The notes: generated by a model not told the origin, from the letters alone. Positions 52,462 through 62,553 are shown, counted from the first letter of the stretch. The stretch is 64,000 bases of DNA from Bryobacterales bacterium (GCA_963422375.2 OY729427.2:192001-256000); one strand, 5' to 3'. Made by a program: numbers and translations.

Positions 52462-53799
52462 TCAGGCCCTCCGCTCCAGGACGAGGCGCCGGAACTCGCG
52501 GCCCCTCTCGACGTAGTTCGGGAACTGGTCGAAGCTGGCGCAGGCCGGGGCTAGCAGGACCGTGTCGCCAGGGCGCGCCCTTGCCAGCGCGTAGTCCAGA
52601 GCCTCCCGGAGCGTGCCGACATCGACCGTCGGCACGACGCCGTCGATCTGCCCGCGGATCAGGGGAGCGGACTCGCCAACCAGCAGCGCGGCCCGCGCGC
52701 GCGAGCGCAGCGCCCCGGCGAGCGGGGCGTAGTCGGAACCCTTGTCGCGCCCGCCCAGGATCGGCCACAGGCCGGAGGCGAAGGAGCGGCAGGCCTTCAC
52801 CGCGGCGGCCACGTTGGTCGCCTTGGAATCGTTGTAGAAGCTCACCCCGCGCACTTCGGCGACGAACTCCATGCGATGCGGCACCGGCCGGAACGACTGA
52901 AGCGCCCGCCCGATCGCTGAGGGCTCCACGCCCGCCAGCGAGCAGGCGGCCGCGGCCGCGAGCGCGTTCTCCAAGTTGTGGGCCCCCTTGATGGGCAGGT
53001 CCGCGCTTCCGACGTCCTGCCCGCGGAAGAGGATGCGCCCGCCGGCCGCCCACGCGTCCGTGCCGTCGCGACGGTCCTGCCCGAAGCGCACCACGGATCC
53101 GAGCGCCAAGCGCTCCATCTCCCGGCAGCGCGGATCGACGCCGTTCAGGACGGCAAAGTCGCCGGGCCGCTGGTTGCGCAGGATGCGGGCCTTGGCGGCC
53201 GCGTAGCGCCGGAAGCTGCCGTGCCGGTCGAGGTGGTCCGGGGTGACGTTCAGCACGGCGGCCAGGTGGCAGCGGAACGACTCGCAGGCCTCGAGCTGGA
53301 AGCTCGACAGCTCCAGCACGTGCCAGTCGCCCGGGCGGGAAGCGCCCGCGACGGCCAGCACGGGGGTGCCGATGTTTCCCGCCAGCGCTCCGGGCAGGCC
53401 CGACGCCCGCAGCACGTGGTCGACCAGCGCGGCCGTGGTGGTCTTGCCGTTGGTCCCTGTCACGCCGATCACGCGCCCGCGCAGGGCCGTGGCGGCCAGC
53501 TCGAGTTCCCCGCACACGGCCACCCCGCGCTCGCGGGCCCGAACCAGCTCGGGCAGGTCCCAGGGAACGCCGGGCGAGGGAACCACCAGGTCCTGCGCCA
53601 GCACCAGTTCCTCGGGGTGCCCTCCGAAGTGCAGGCTCGCGGCCACGCCGGCGAGGGCCGCCGGAGCCTCGCCGAGAGCCTCGGCCGGGCGCGAGTCCGC
53701 CGCGGCCACCACGGCCCCGCCGGCGGCGAGGAACCGCGCCGCCGCCAGCCCGGACCTGCCCAGGCCGACGACGAGCGCGTGCTTGCCCTTGACGTTCAT
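52462..53799 (-). CDS. murD: UDP-N-acetylmuramoyl-L-alanine--D-glutamate ligase
   Basis: GLGRSG, GTNGKTTT, ELSSFQLE, DHLDRH, NDSKATN, PACASFDQF. Start ATG 53799. Confidence 0.97.
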   Translation of the reverse strand: MNVKGKHALVVGLGRSGLAAARFLAAGGAVVAAADSRPAEALGEAPAALAGVAASLHFGGHPEELVLAQDLVVPSPGVPWDLPELVRARERGVAVCGELELAATALRGRVIGVTGTNGKTTTAALVDHVLRASGLPGALAGNIGTPVLAVAGASRPGDWHVLELSSFQLEACESFRCHLAAVLNVTPDHLDRHGSFRRYAAAKARILRNQRPGDFAVLNGVDPRCREMERLALGSVVRFGQDRRDGTDAWAAGGRILFRGQDVGSADLPIKGAHNLENALAAAAACSLAGVEPSAIGRALQSFRPVPHRMEFVAEVRGVSFYNDSKATNVAAAVKACRSFASGLWPILGGRDKGSDYAPLAGALRSRARAALLVGESAPLIRGQIDGVVPTVDVGTLREALDYALARARPGDTVLLAPACASFDQFPNYVERGREFRRLVLERRA

Positions 53800-54929
53800 C
53801 GGATTTTCAGCGTGCTCAGCGCCAGGAGCGCCCACACGAAGCCGGCGATCCAGAAGCGCACGATCACCTTCGACTCGGGCCAGCCGAGCTGCTCGAAGTG
53901 ATGGTGGAGGGGAGACATGCGGAAGATTCGCTTCCCGGTCAGCTTGAAGCTGCCGACCTGGGCGATCACCGAGAGCGTCTCCGCGACGAAGACGCCGCCG
54001 ATGAAGAGCAGCACGATCTCCTGCTTCGCCAGCACGGCGACGATTCCGATCGAGCCGCCGAGGCCGAGCGAGCCGACATCGCCCATGAATATCTGGGCCG
54101 GGTGCGAGTTGTACCAGAGGAAGGCCAGGCTGGCCCCCACGACGGACCCGCAGAAGATCGTCAGCTCCCCCGCCAGGGGCACCCCCGCCACGTCGAGATA
54201 CGACGACAGCTCGCTGTGCCCGGCGATGTACACCAGTACCGCCAGCGCCCCGACGCAGATGATGGTCAGGCCGATGGCCAGCCCGTCCAGGCCGTCCGTG
54301 AGGTTCACGGCGTTGCTGGACCCCACGAGGACGAAGAAGAGGAAGGCCAGGAAGAACACGTAGGCGAACGGCAGCGTCAAGGGGCTCGCGGTCAGGGAGC
54401 CGATAACCAAGTCGGGCTGGAGCTCCTTGAAGAACGGCAGCGAGAGCGTCGTCGAGTAGTCGCCGCGGTGGCTGAGAGCGACCAGCAGCAAGCCGATCAC
54501 CAGGGTCGTGCCGCATTGCAAGGCCATCTTGACCTTGCCCGTGATACCGAGATTTCTCTTGCGCGCGACCTTGCTGAGGTCGTCGACGAGGCCGATCAGG
54601 CCGAATCCGACCATGGCCAGCAGCGCCACCCAGACGTACGGATTGCGCCAGTCGGCCCACAGTAGCGTGGGGACGATGGCCGCGACGCAGATCAGCAGGC
54701 CGCCCATGGTGGGCGTGCCGGCCTTGCTCTGGTGGGAGCGGGGGCCCTCCTCGCGGATGTACTGGCCGCACTGGGCGTCGCGCAGCTTGCGAATGAGCCA
54801 CGGACCGAGCAGCAGGCCGATCGCCAGGGCCGTCAGGCTCGCTACCGCTGTTCGCACGGTGATGTAGCCGAACACGCGAAGAGGGCTCAGGTGGGGGTAG
54901 AGGTATTCGACGAGCGCGTGGTACAGCAT
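53796..54929 (-). CDS. mraY: phospho-N-acetylmuramoyl-pentapeptide transferase
   Basis: KAGTPTMGG, NAVNLTDGLDGLA, FMGDVGS, PLHHHFE. Start ATG 54929. Confidence 0.98.
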   Translation of the reverse strand: MLYHALVEYLYPHLSPLRVFGYITVRTAVASLTALAIGLLLGPWLIRKLRDAQCGQYIREEGPRSHQSKAGTPTMGGLLICVAAIVPTLLWADWRNPYVWVALLAMVGFGLIGLVDDLSKVARKRNLGITGKVKMALQCGTTLVIGLLLVALSHRGDYSTTLSLPFFKELQPDLVIGSLTASPLTLPFAYVFFLAFLFFVLVGSSNAVNLTDGLDGLAIGLTIICVGALAVLVYIAGHSELSSYLDVAGVPLAGELTIFCGSVVGASLAFLWYNSHPAQIFMGDVGSLGLGGSIGIVAVLAKQEIVLLFIGGVFVAETLSVIAQVGSFKLTGKRIFRMSPLHHHFEQLGWPESKVIVRFWIAGFVWALLALSTLKIR

Positions 54930-54934
54930 GGTCC

Positions 54935-56305
54935 TCAGGCTCGGGTCGCTTCGGAGGGAACTGCCATCCCGAGCGCCTCGTACAGGCGATCGCGCACGCG
55001 CTCGAGCCCGACGCCGCGGGAGGCCTTGATCAGCACGGCATCGCCCGCCCGGACGAGTCCCGCCACGAAACTGGCCGCCGCGGCAGGGCTCTCGTGGAAC
55101 GCGCCTGGCATCCCCGCGGCCGCCGCGATCTCCGCCGCGTCCCCGCCGACGGCGACGAGGTAGTCGATTCCCGCCGACGCCACGGCGGAGCCGACCTGGC
55201 GGTGCAGTTCCCGCGAGCGCTCGCCGAGCTCGCGCATCTCGCCGAGGACGGCGATCCGGCGCGCCGCGGCCGTGCGGCCGAGCACCCGGAGCATGGCCGC
55301 CATCGCGGCGGGGTTGGCGTTGTAGCAATCGTCGATGACGGTGACGCCGCCCGACCGGCGCACCGCGCCGCGCATCGCGGTCGGGCGCAGGCGCGCCAGG
55401 CCGTCCAGCAGCCGCGACGGTCCGTACCCGAGCGCGCCGAGGGCCGCCACCGCGGCCAGCATGTTGTAGACGCTGTGCCGGCCGGGCAGCGCCGAGACCA
55501 CGGGACGGCATTCCAGCCGGAAGCGCGTGCCGTCCGCGCCCAGCTCCTCCACGTCCGTCGCCCGGACATCGGCCTCCCGCTCGATGCCGAACGTGACCGC
55601 CGGCCCCGGGTGCAGGAGCCGGAACTCCGCGACGCGCGAGTCGTCCGCGTTGAGAACCGCCGTCCCTGCCAAGCCGAGAGCCTGGATCAGCCTGCCCTTC
55701 TCGACAGCGATCTCGTCTACGGAGGCGAAGTTTCCCAGGTGGGCCGCGCCCACGTTCGTCACCACTCCGATGTCCGGGGCGGCGGTCTCGGCCAGCGGGC
55801 GCATCTCGCCGGCATGATTGATCCCGATCTCGAACACGCCGGCGCGCGCCGCGTCCGGCGCGCGCAGGAGCGACAGCGGCAAGCCGTACTCGTTGTTGAG
55901 GTTGCCCTCGGTCTTCGCCACGGGCACGAAGTGCCCCAGGAGCTCGGCGATCAGGTCCTTGGTCGTCGTCTTGCCGCCGCTGCCGGTGATCGCGACGACC
56001 GTGCGGCCCCACTCCTTGCGGCCGCGCGCGGCCAGCGCCCGCAGCGCCTCGGTCGTGCTGCGCACGCCCAGAAGGGCCCGGCTCCCGGCACCCGGGTAGG
56101 CCGCGTCGACCACGGCGGCTGCGGCACCACGGCGGAGGGCGTCCGGAACGTAGTCGTGCCCGTCGCAGCGCGGGCCGCGCATCGCGAAGAACAGGTCCCC
56201 GGGCTGCACGGTGCGGGAGTCGATGGAATAGCCGCGAGCCTCGCCGCCGGCCCCGTCCTGGGGCAGCCCGAGCCACGCGCGGATCTGGGAGAGCTGCAGG
56301 ATCAT
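54935..56305 (-). CDS. murF: UDP-N-acetylmuramoyl-tripeptide--D-Ala-D-Ala ligase
   Basis: SIDSR, GSGGKTTTK, NLNNEYG.P, DDCYNANP, GEMRELG, KASRG. Start ATG 56305. Confidence 0.97.
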   Translation of the reverse strand: MILQLSQIRAWLGLPQDGAGGEARGYSIDSRTVQPGDLFFAMRGPRCDGHDYVPDALRRGAAAAVVDAAYPGAGSRALLGVRSTTEALRALAARGRKEWGRTVVAITGSGGKTTTKDLIAELLGHFVPVAKTEGNLNNEYGLPLSLLRAPDAARAGVFEIGINHAGEMRPLAETAAPDIGVVTNVGAAHLGNFASVDEIAVEKGRLIQALGLAGTAVLNADDSRVAEFRLLHPGPAVTFGIEREADVRATDVEELGADGTRFRLECRPVVSALPGRHSVYNMLAAVAALGALGYGPSRLLDGLARLRPTAMRGAVRRSGGVTVIDDCYNANPAAMAAMLRVLGRTAAARRIAVLGEMRELGERSRELHRQVGSAVASAGIDYLVAVGGDAAEIAAAAGMPGAFHESPAAAASFVAGLVRAGDAVLIKASRGVGLERVRDRLYEALGMAVPSEATRA

Positions 56306-57783
56306 GGCCGCCGGTACCCCATGCCTGCCAGAGCCGTCCGGGCCACCGCCCTGTCGTCGAACTCGACGGTGCCGTCGGCCAGAGCCTGCGTCGTCTCGTG
56401 CCCCTTGCCCGCGAGCAGCACGACGTCTCCGGGCCGGGCCTCCCCGAGCACGGCCCGGATGGCCGCGGCCCGGTCCGGCTCGGCCGCCCAGGCGGCCCGG
56501 GCGCCGCGCAGCCCGGCGCGCACGTCGTCGATGATGCGCTGGGGATCCTCGCTGCGCGGATTGTCGGAGGTGAGAACCGCGAAGTCGCTGAGTTGCCCGG
56601 CGACCCGGCCCATGGGAGCGCGCTTGGCGCGGTCCCTGTCGCCGCCGCACCCGAAGAGCGTGAGAACGCGGCCGGGGGCGCGACCGCGGTCCGCGATCTC
56701 CCTGGCCGTCTGGATCAGCCGCCGCAAGGCGTCTTCCGTGTGGGCGTAGTCGACCACCGTCAGGAACGGCTGGCCGCCGTCGATGGTCTCGAAGCGTCCC
56801 GGCACGGGGCGCACCTCCCGCAGGCCCGCCTCGATCTCCGCGGCGGCGAGACCGTGGCACTGGGCGGCGGCGATGGCCGCCAGCAGGTTGCCGACGTTGA
56901 AGCTGCCCGCCAAAGGGGCTTGGACGCGGATCCGGCCGCACGGGGTTTCCGCTTCGAACCGGAGGCCCCTGGCGTCGGCGACGACTCCCCGGGCCCGCAC
57001 GTCGGCCGCCGGGCCGCGACCGAACGCGACCGCGCGGGACAGGCCCAAGCCTAGGAATTCCCGCCCGGTCGGGTCGTCGGCGTTGGCCACCGCCCACCGG
57101 GGCGGCGCCGCTCCCGCGCCCTCGAACAGCCTCCGCTTAGCCGCCGCGTAGGCGGCCATGTCGCCGTGGAAGTCCAGGTGCTCCGGGGTCAGGTTAGTGA
57201 AGACCGCCGTGTGGAATTCCATCCCGCTGATGCGCTCGAGCGCCAGCGCGTGCGAGGAGGCTTCCAGCGTCGCGTGGCTGCCGCCGACGGACACGAGCCG
57301 GTCCAGCATCCGGACGATGTCGAGGGATTCGGGCGTGGTGTTGACGGCCTTCTCGGCCACCGTCCCGACGCGGTGCTGGATGGTGCCCAGCAGCGCTGTC
57401 GGCCGGCCGGCCGAACGCAGCAGCGAGTCGATCACGTGGGCCGTGGTGGTCTTGCCGTTGGTGCCGGTCACCGCCGTCAGCGCCACCCGCCGGTCGGGGC
57501 GGCGGAAGAAGCGCAGGCTCGCCTGGGCGAGCGCGCGGCGGCCGTGCCGCACGCGGGCCCAGCGCGCCCGCAGGCCGTCCGGCGCGGAGCGCTCGCTGAC
57601 TATCGCCGCAGCGCCCGCTTCCAGCGCGCTCTCGACGAACCGGTGCCCGTCGACGCGCTGGCCGGGAAACGCGAAGAACGCCTCGCCCGAGCGCACCGCC
57701 CGGGAGTCGTACTGCAAGCCGCTCACTTCGACAGCCGGAACGGCCCCCGCGGCCTCGCCCTGCAGCATGGCCTCGAGCCTCAT
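56302..57783 (-). CDS. murE: UDP-N-acetylmuramoyl-dipeptide--meso-DAP ligase
   Basis: GTNGKTTT, TTPES, EASSH, HLDFH, DYAHT, DNPRSE (DAP-type), AGKGHE. Confidence 0.98.
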   Translation of the reverse strand: MRLEAMLQGEAAGAVPAVEVSGLQYDSRAVRSGEAFFAFPGQRVDGHRFVESALEAGAAAIVSERSAPDGLRARWARVRHGRRALAQASLRFFRRPDRRVALTAVTGTNGKTTTAHVIDSLLRSAGRPTALLGTIQHRVGTVAEKAVNTTPESLDIVRMLDRLVSVGGSHATLEASSHALALERISGMEFHTAVFTNLTPEHLDFHGDMAAYAAAKRRLFEGAGAAPPRWAVANADDPTGREFLGLGLSRAVAFGRGPAADVRARGVVADARGLRFEAETPCGRIRVQAPLAGSFNVGNLLAAIAAAQCHGLAAAEIEAGLREVRPVPGRFETIDGGQPFLTVVDYAHTEDALRRLIQTAREIADRGRAPGRVLTLFGCGGDRDRAKRAPMGRVAGQLSDFAVLTSDNPRSEDPQRIIDDVRAGLRGARAAWAAEPDRAAAIRAVLGEARPGDVVLLAGKGHETTQALADGTVEFDDRAVARTALAGMGYRRP

Positions 57784-58045
57784 CGCCCGCCTCCGCCGAC
57801 CCCGCGGCAGGCGTCGTCCGTGCCCGCGAGCGAGGACCCGAATTGAATGCGTGGCATCCGGCCGGCACCACCGACGCTCTCCCCGGGAGGCGGCGACTGC
57901 GGGCGGGCCACGCCGCTGCCGCTCGACACCACTGCGAGCTCGAGGCGGGCCGCCAAGGAGAACGGGTCGCGCATGGTCACGCCGCGCAGGTCGGGGGCGG
58001 TCCGCCGGGGCCCGGCTTCCGAGGCGGCCGCGAGACTGGAAGGCC
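57780..58045 (-). pseudogene. diverged duplicate of the ftsI 3' end (PASTA-like region)
   Basis: Aligns by eye to 58417-58680: PDLRGVTMRDPFSLAARL... versus PDVRGLTMRDAFSLAARL..., with the same GGGGR*-ATG junction. Confidence 0.9.
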
Positions 58046-58420
58046 GGCCACCTTCCCGACGCGGTGCTGGATGGCGCCCGGCAGCGCGGTCGGCCGGTCG
58101 GTCGGCCGCAGGAGCGAGGCGATCATGCGGGCCGTGGCGGTCTTGCCGTTGGTGCCGGTCACCGCTGTCAGCGCCACTCGCCGGTCGGGGCGGCGGAAGA
58201 GGGGCGGGCTCGCTTGGGAGAGCGCGCGGCGGCCGTGCCGCACCCGGTCCCAGCGGGCCCGCAGGGCGTCCGCCGCGTGGCGCTCGCCGACGCGCCGGCC
58301 GGGAAACGCGAAGGACGCCTCGCCCGAGCGCACTGCCCGGGAGTCGTACCGCAACCAGCTCGCTTCGACGGGCGGAACGGCCGCCGCGGCCTGGCCTGGC
58401 AACATGGCGTCCAGCCTCAT
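58046..58420 (-). pseudogene. diverged, truncated duplicate of the murE 5' end
   Basis: MRLDAMLPG...YDSRAVRSGE...VTGTNGKTAT...IQHRVG aligns to 57783-57355, with a 54-bp in-frame deletion and many substitutions. Confidence 0.92.
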
Positions 58421-60570
58421 CGCCCGCCTCCGCCGGCCCCTCGGAGCGCGTCGTCCGCTCCCGCGAGCGAGGACGCGAACTGAATGCGCAGCACCTGGCC
58501 GGCGCCGATGCTCTCCCCGGGGGCCGGCGACTGCAGGCGGGCCATGCCGCTGCCGCTCGACACCACCTCGATCCCGAGCCGGGCCGCCAAGGAGAACGCG
58601 TCGCGCATGGTCAGGCCGCGCACGTCGGGAGCGGCCCGCCGGGGCGCGCCTTTCGGGACAGCCGCGAGCGCGGCAGGCCGGTCGGGCGGCCGCGCCCAGG
58701 CGGGCCCGAGGAATTCCTCCCCCGCCGGATCGTCGGGCCGCCCGTTGACGAAATCGGCGACCAGCGTCTCCGGGACGCGACGGGCCGGGCCCGGCTCGGT
58801 CGGGTAGACCTTGGACGGCGGCACGTCCAGCCGGCGCAGGGCCAGTTCCATGACCGACGCGAACAGGGGCGCCGCGATCCTTCCGCCGTAGTAGTGCTGG
58901 CCGCGCGGGTCGTACAGCATCGCGACCCCGACCAGGGCCGGGTCGTTGACGGGCGCGAAGCCGCAGAAGCTCGCCATGTAGGCGCCGTCGGCGTAGGACC
59001 GGGAAACCGGATTGATCATCTGGGCGGTGCCCGTCTTGCCGGCGACGCGATAGCCTGGTATGCTCGCCAGCCGCCCGGTCCCTCTCTCGACGACCTGCTC
59101 GAGAATCGCCTGCATGGTCGCGGCGGTATCCGCGCTGATCACGCGCGCACTCTCTCCGTGCGCGAAGACCTGCTCGGCCCCGCCGGGCCTGCGCACGCCG
59201 CGAACGACGCGGGGCGGGACCAAGCTCCCGCCGTTGGCAATGGCCGCGAACAGCCTCGCCATCTGCAGCGCGGAAACACCCACCTCCTGCCCCATGGACA
59301 GGGAGGCGAGCGAGGCCCCGCTCCAGCGCGACAGAGGGCGCACCAGACCGGGAGTCTCGCTCGGCAGCCGCACGCCCGTGGGGCTGCCGAAGCCGAAGCG
59401 GCGGATGTACCGGTGGAGGTCGTCCGAGCCCAGCCGCACGCCCATCTTGATGATGCCGACGTTGCTCGACTTCATCAGGACCTCCGGCATCGTGAGCATG
59501 CCGTAGGGGTGGTGGTCGCGGATGCGGCGCCGGTCGATCCAAATCGAGCCCATCTGGCAATCGAATTCATCCTCAGGCGTGACCGCGCCCTCCTCCAGAG
59601 CGGCGGCGGCCGTGAGCACCTTGAACGTCGAACCCGGCTCGACGAGATGGCTGATCGCGAAGTTGCGCCGGTTCTCGAGCTCGGCCTCCGTTCGCGTGAG
59701 ATGGTTGGGGTCAAAGCGAGGCCAGCTCGCCATGGCCACGACCTCGCCGGACCGCGGGCGCATCAGCACGACCGTCCCCGCCTGCGACTTGGTTTCCTTG
59801 ACGGCGCGCTCCAGTTCCATGTGGGCCACCGACTGAATGTCGAGGTCCAGCTCGAGGATGACGTCGTCGCCCGGAACGGAGGGGCGCAGCGCCTGGCGCC
59901 CGTAGCGGCGCTGCCGGGCGTCGTAGTGGAAGACGCCGAGACCGGGCTCGCCGCGCAGCCGGGGCTCGAATCGCTGCTCGATCCCGGCCTGGCCGTGATG
60001 GTCGAGCCCGACCGTCCCGAGAACGTGCGCGGCAACCGTGCCGTGGGGGTAGTAGCGCTTGCTCTCGGTCTCGAAATGGAGGATGTCCAGTCCCAAGCCG
60101 CGCGCCCGCCGCGCCTCGCCCAGCGTGACCAGCCGCTTGACCCATTGGAATCCGCCTCGCTGCAAGCGGAGGTAGAGCTGCTTCGCGTCCACGGAGACGG
60201 CCTCGGCCAGCATCGCGGCCAAGGCCCGTCGGTCCCCGGCCCGGTCGGAGAACACGCCGATCGACTCGGCAGGCGTGCTGAGGGCGAACTGCCTGCCGCG
60301 ACGGTCCAGGATGCCCCCGCGGCGCGCCGCGATGTCGACCGTCGCCTCCTGCTGGCGGAGCGCCCTGGCGCTGAGCTCGCGGCTCTGGAGCACCTGCAGG
60401 TCGAGCAGCCGCAGCACGACCACGCAGAACCAGGCCAACGTGACGAGACTGAACTTGAGGCAGCGCCCGCGGCCGCGCCGGTTCAGGCCGCGCCTGGGGA
60501 ATAGCGGGGCGCCCGCGGGCGGCCGCGGGCGCGAAGCGCCTGCTCCCCTCGACTCGCCGGGCACGGGCAT
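58417..60570 (-). CDS. ftsI: class B penicillin-binding protein FtsI/PBP3 with a C-terminal PASTA-like domain
   Basis: RGGILDRRG, RYYP, EPGSTFK (SxxK), SSN (SxN), GKTGTAQ. Start ATG 60570 with a GAGGAG RBS. Confidence 0.96.
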   Translation of the reverse strand: MPVPGESRGAGASRPRPPAGAPLFPRRGLNRRGRGRCLKFSLVTLAWFCVVVLRLLDLQVLQSRELSARALRQQEATVDIAARRGGILDRRGRQFALSTPAESIGVFSDRAGDRRALAAMLAEAVSVDAKQLYLRLQRGGFQWVKRLVTLGEARRARGLGLDILHFETESKRYYPHGTVAAHVLGTVGLDHHGQAGIEQRFEPRLRGEPGLGVFHYDARQRRYGRQALRPSVPGDDVILELDLDIQSVAHMELERAVKETKSQAGTVVLMRPRSGEVVAMASWPRFDPNHLTRTEAELENRRNFAISHLVEPGSTFKVLTAAAALEEGAVTPEDEFDCQMGSIWIDRRRIRDHHPYGMLTMPEVLMKSSNVGIIKMGVRLGSDDLHRYIRRFGFGSPTGVRLPSETPGLVRPLSRWSGASLASLSMGQEVGVSALQMARLFAAIANGGSLVPPRVVRGVRRPGGAEQVFAHGESARVISADTAATMQAILEQVVERGTGRLASIPGYRVAGKTGTAQMINPVSRSYADGAYMASFCGFAPVNDPALVGVAMLYDPRGQHYYGGRIAAPLFASVMELALRRLDVPPSKVYPTEPGPARRVPETLVADFVNGRPDDPAGEEFLGPAWARPPDRPAALAAVPKGAPRRAAPDVRGLTMRDAFSLAARLGIEVVSSGSGMARLQSPAPGESIGAGQVLRIQFASSLAGADDALRGAGGGGR

Positions 60571-60629
60571 GTTGCTCTCTCCTCGGGTTCCTGTCTCGAT
60601 GATCCTTTTCGCCGCTTGCCGGCAGCGCC

Positions 60630-61187
60630 TCACTCGTCGCTGGCGAAGAGCCGCGCCACGGCCGTCTCGGTCACGCCGCGGTCGGGGACCGGCTCGAGCC
60701 AGGTGTACCGGCCCTCCTGCGTCTCGCGCAGGCCGCTCCGCTCGGCCAGCGCCGCCACGCGGCGAAGGTCTTCGAGCCGGCCCTTCTGCATCGTGAGCTG
60801 GTCGCGCACCGCGACCAGCTGCTCGATGGTCTCGGCGAGCTGGGCCTGGCGGTAGCCGGAGTGCCTGACCCACAGCCGCGGCCCGAAGGCCAGCAGGAGC
60901 AGGAAGGCGATGAACAGCCCCCAGCTGATGTGCGCGCGCAGCTCGTCGCGATCCGCCGGGTCGTGCCGGTAGCTCACCCGGCTGTTGTCGATTTCCTTCT
61001 GGTACAGCACGGCTCCCTCCAGGGGCACGGCACGCCGTGCCCCCTCGGATGAAGCATCGGCGCCGCTGCCGATGGCGGGGCTCAGCACTGCGTGCGACAT
61101 GGAAGCGTCGCTCCAGCCGTACTGAGGGTGCCGCGGCAGCGGCGCGTTCGGTTCAGTCTTCTTCTCCATGCGTACCGAATCCTTCAC
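60630..61187 (-). CDS. ftsL: FtsL-like cell division protein
   Basis: Lies between rsmH and ftsI. KEIDNSRV, a single transmembrane helix, GY + coiled coil, A..SGL. GTG start overlaps the rsmH stop; alternative starts at 61169 and 61100. Confidence 0.7.
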   Translation of the reverse strand: MKDSVRMEKKTEPNAPLPRHPQYGWSDASMSHAVLSPAIGSGADASSEGARRAVPLEGAVLYQKEIDNSRVSYRHDPADRDELRAHISWGLFIAFLLLLAFGPRLWVRHSGYRQAQLAETIEQLVAVRDQLTMQKGRLEDLRRVAALAERSGLRETQEGRYTWLEPVPDRGVTETAVARLFASDE

Positions 61188-62095
61188 GTTGGGGCGCCGG
61201 ACCGCCTCGTCCGGCAGGCCGCGCGCAAGCGCGCGCTGCGGCTGGGCGGATTGCGCTCCACCTCGGACGCCGACGGGCGGACCACCCGGCGCGTCAAGAT
61301 CTCGTAGGTCCCGGCGGCGGCCTGCCTCCGGAACGACTGCTTCACCAAGCGGTCCTCGCCGCTGTGGAAACTGAGCACCACGACGCGCCCGCCGGGCGCG
61401 AGCAGGCCGGGCGCGGCCTCGAGCAGAGCCGCCAGCTCGCCGGGCTCGTCGTTGACCGCCATGCGCAGGGCCTGGAACGTGCGCGTGGCGGGATGGATGC
61501 GCCGACGCGACGCGCTTGGCACGGCCGACGCGACGATGCCCGCCAGATGCTCCGTGTCGCGGACCGGCCGGGCCCGGACCACGGCGCGCGCGATGCGCCG
61601 ACTGTGGCGCTCGTCGGCGAGGTCGAAGAGCAGGTTCGCGAGATCCCGCTCGCCCCAGCGGTTGACCAAGTCGGTCGCGCTCAGCTCCTGGCGCCGGTCG
61701 AAGCGCATGTCCAAGGGGCCCTGCCGACGCAGGCTGAAGCCGCGGGCGGGGTCGCCCAATTGCGGGCGCGACAGGCCGAGGTCCGCGACGATTCCCGCGA
61801 GGGGCAGACACGGCCGGGCCGCCTCGGCGATCCCCGAGAACGGGCCGTGATGGAACTCGACGCGTCCGCGGAACTCCCGCAGGACCGCGCGACAGCGGTC
61901 GAGGGCGGCCCCGTCCCGATCGATCGCCACGAGCCGCGCGACGGCGCTGCGCTCGAGGATGCGCCGCGCATGGCCGCCCGACCCGACGGTGCAGTCGCAG
62001 TAGGCCCCGGTCAGGGCCGCGCCGCCGTCGCCTAGCAGGTACCGTTCCATCTCGTCCGCCATCACCGGGTAGTGCTCGTCCGCCTCCGCCGTCAC
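61184..62095 (-). CDS. rsmH: 16S rRNA m4C1402 methyltransferase
   Basis: HYPVM, DCTVGSGGHA, DLGLS, RGFS, PLDMRFD, HPATRTFQALRMAVN, SFHSGEDR, NPPSRSARLR. Confidence 0.97.
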   Translation of the reverse strand: MTAEADEHYPVMADEMERYLLGDGGAALTGAYCDCTVGSGGHARRILERSAVARLVAIDRDGAALDRCRAVLREFRGRVEFHHGPFSGIAEAARPCLPLAGIVADLGLSRPQLGDPARGFSLRRQGPLDMRFDRRQELSATDLVNRWGERDLANLLFDLADERHSRRIARAVVRARPVRDTEHLAGIVASAVPSASRRRIHPATRTFQALRMAVNDEPGELAALLEAAPGLLAPGGRVVVLSFHSGEDRLVKQSFRRQAAAGTYEILTRRVVRPSASEVERNPPSRSARLRAACRTRRSGAPT

Positions 62096-62553
62096 AGGCC
62101 TAGGTTCGCCGCGAGCTGCAGGTCGTTCTCCGTCAGCTCGTTGTCCTCGATCGCCTGGCTGTACAGGCTCTCGGTCATGGCGATAATGTGATTCGACTGC
62201 CACTGGAGCTTCACCGCGCCTCGCAAGTCCGCCGACTCCCGCAGCGTCGCCGGCAGCGTGCAGCGTCCCTGCGCGTCCAGCGTCTGCTCCGTGCCGAACC
62301 GATTGGCTTGGAAGAGGATCTTGTGCTTCAGGGCGCCGTCCCGGGCCTGGTCCGGGCCGGCCGGCGTCGGGGACAGCGTCGCCTCGACCAGCTCCCATTC
62401 CTTGATGGGGTAGATCTTGACCAGCTTGCCGTCGATGCTCGTCACGAAGAGGTCCGCGCTGCTGTACCGGCCCTGCAGGGAGCGCTTCACGGACGCGGGC
62501 AGCTTGAGGCGCCCCTTGTCGTCCACGTTCCCGTTGTACGTCCCGCGAAACAC
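62092..62553 (-). CDS. mraZ: dcw cluster transcriptional repressor MraZ
   Basis: (M)FRG...VDDKGRLKLP and LDAQGRCTLP repeats. First gene of the dcw cluster. GTG start at 62553. Confidence 0.93.
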   Translation of the reverse strand: MFRGTYNGNVDDKGRLKLPASVKRSLQGRYSSADLFVTSIDGKLVKIYPIKEWELVEATLSPTPAGPDQARDGALKHKILFQANRFGTEQTLDAQGRCTLPATLRESADLRGAVKLQWQSNHIIAMTESLYSQAIEDNELTENDLQLAANLGL

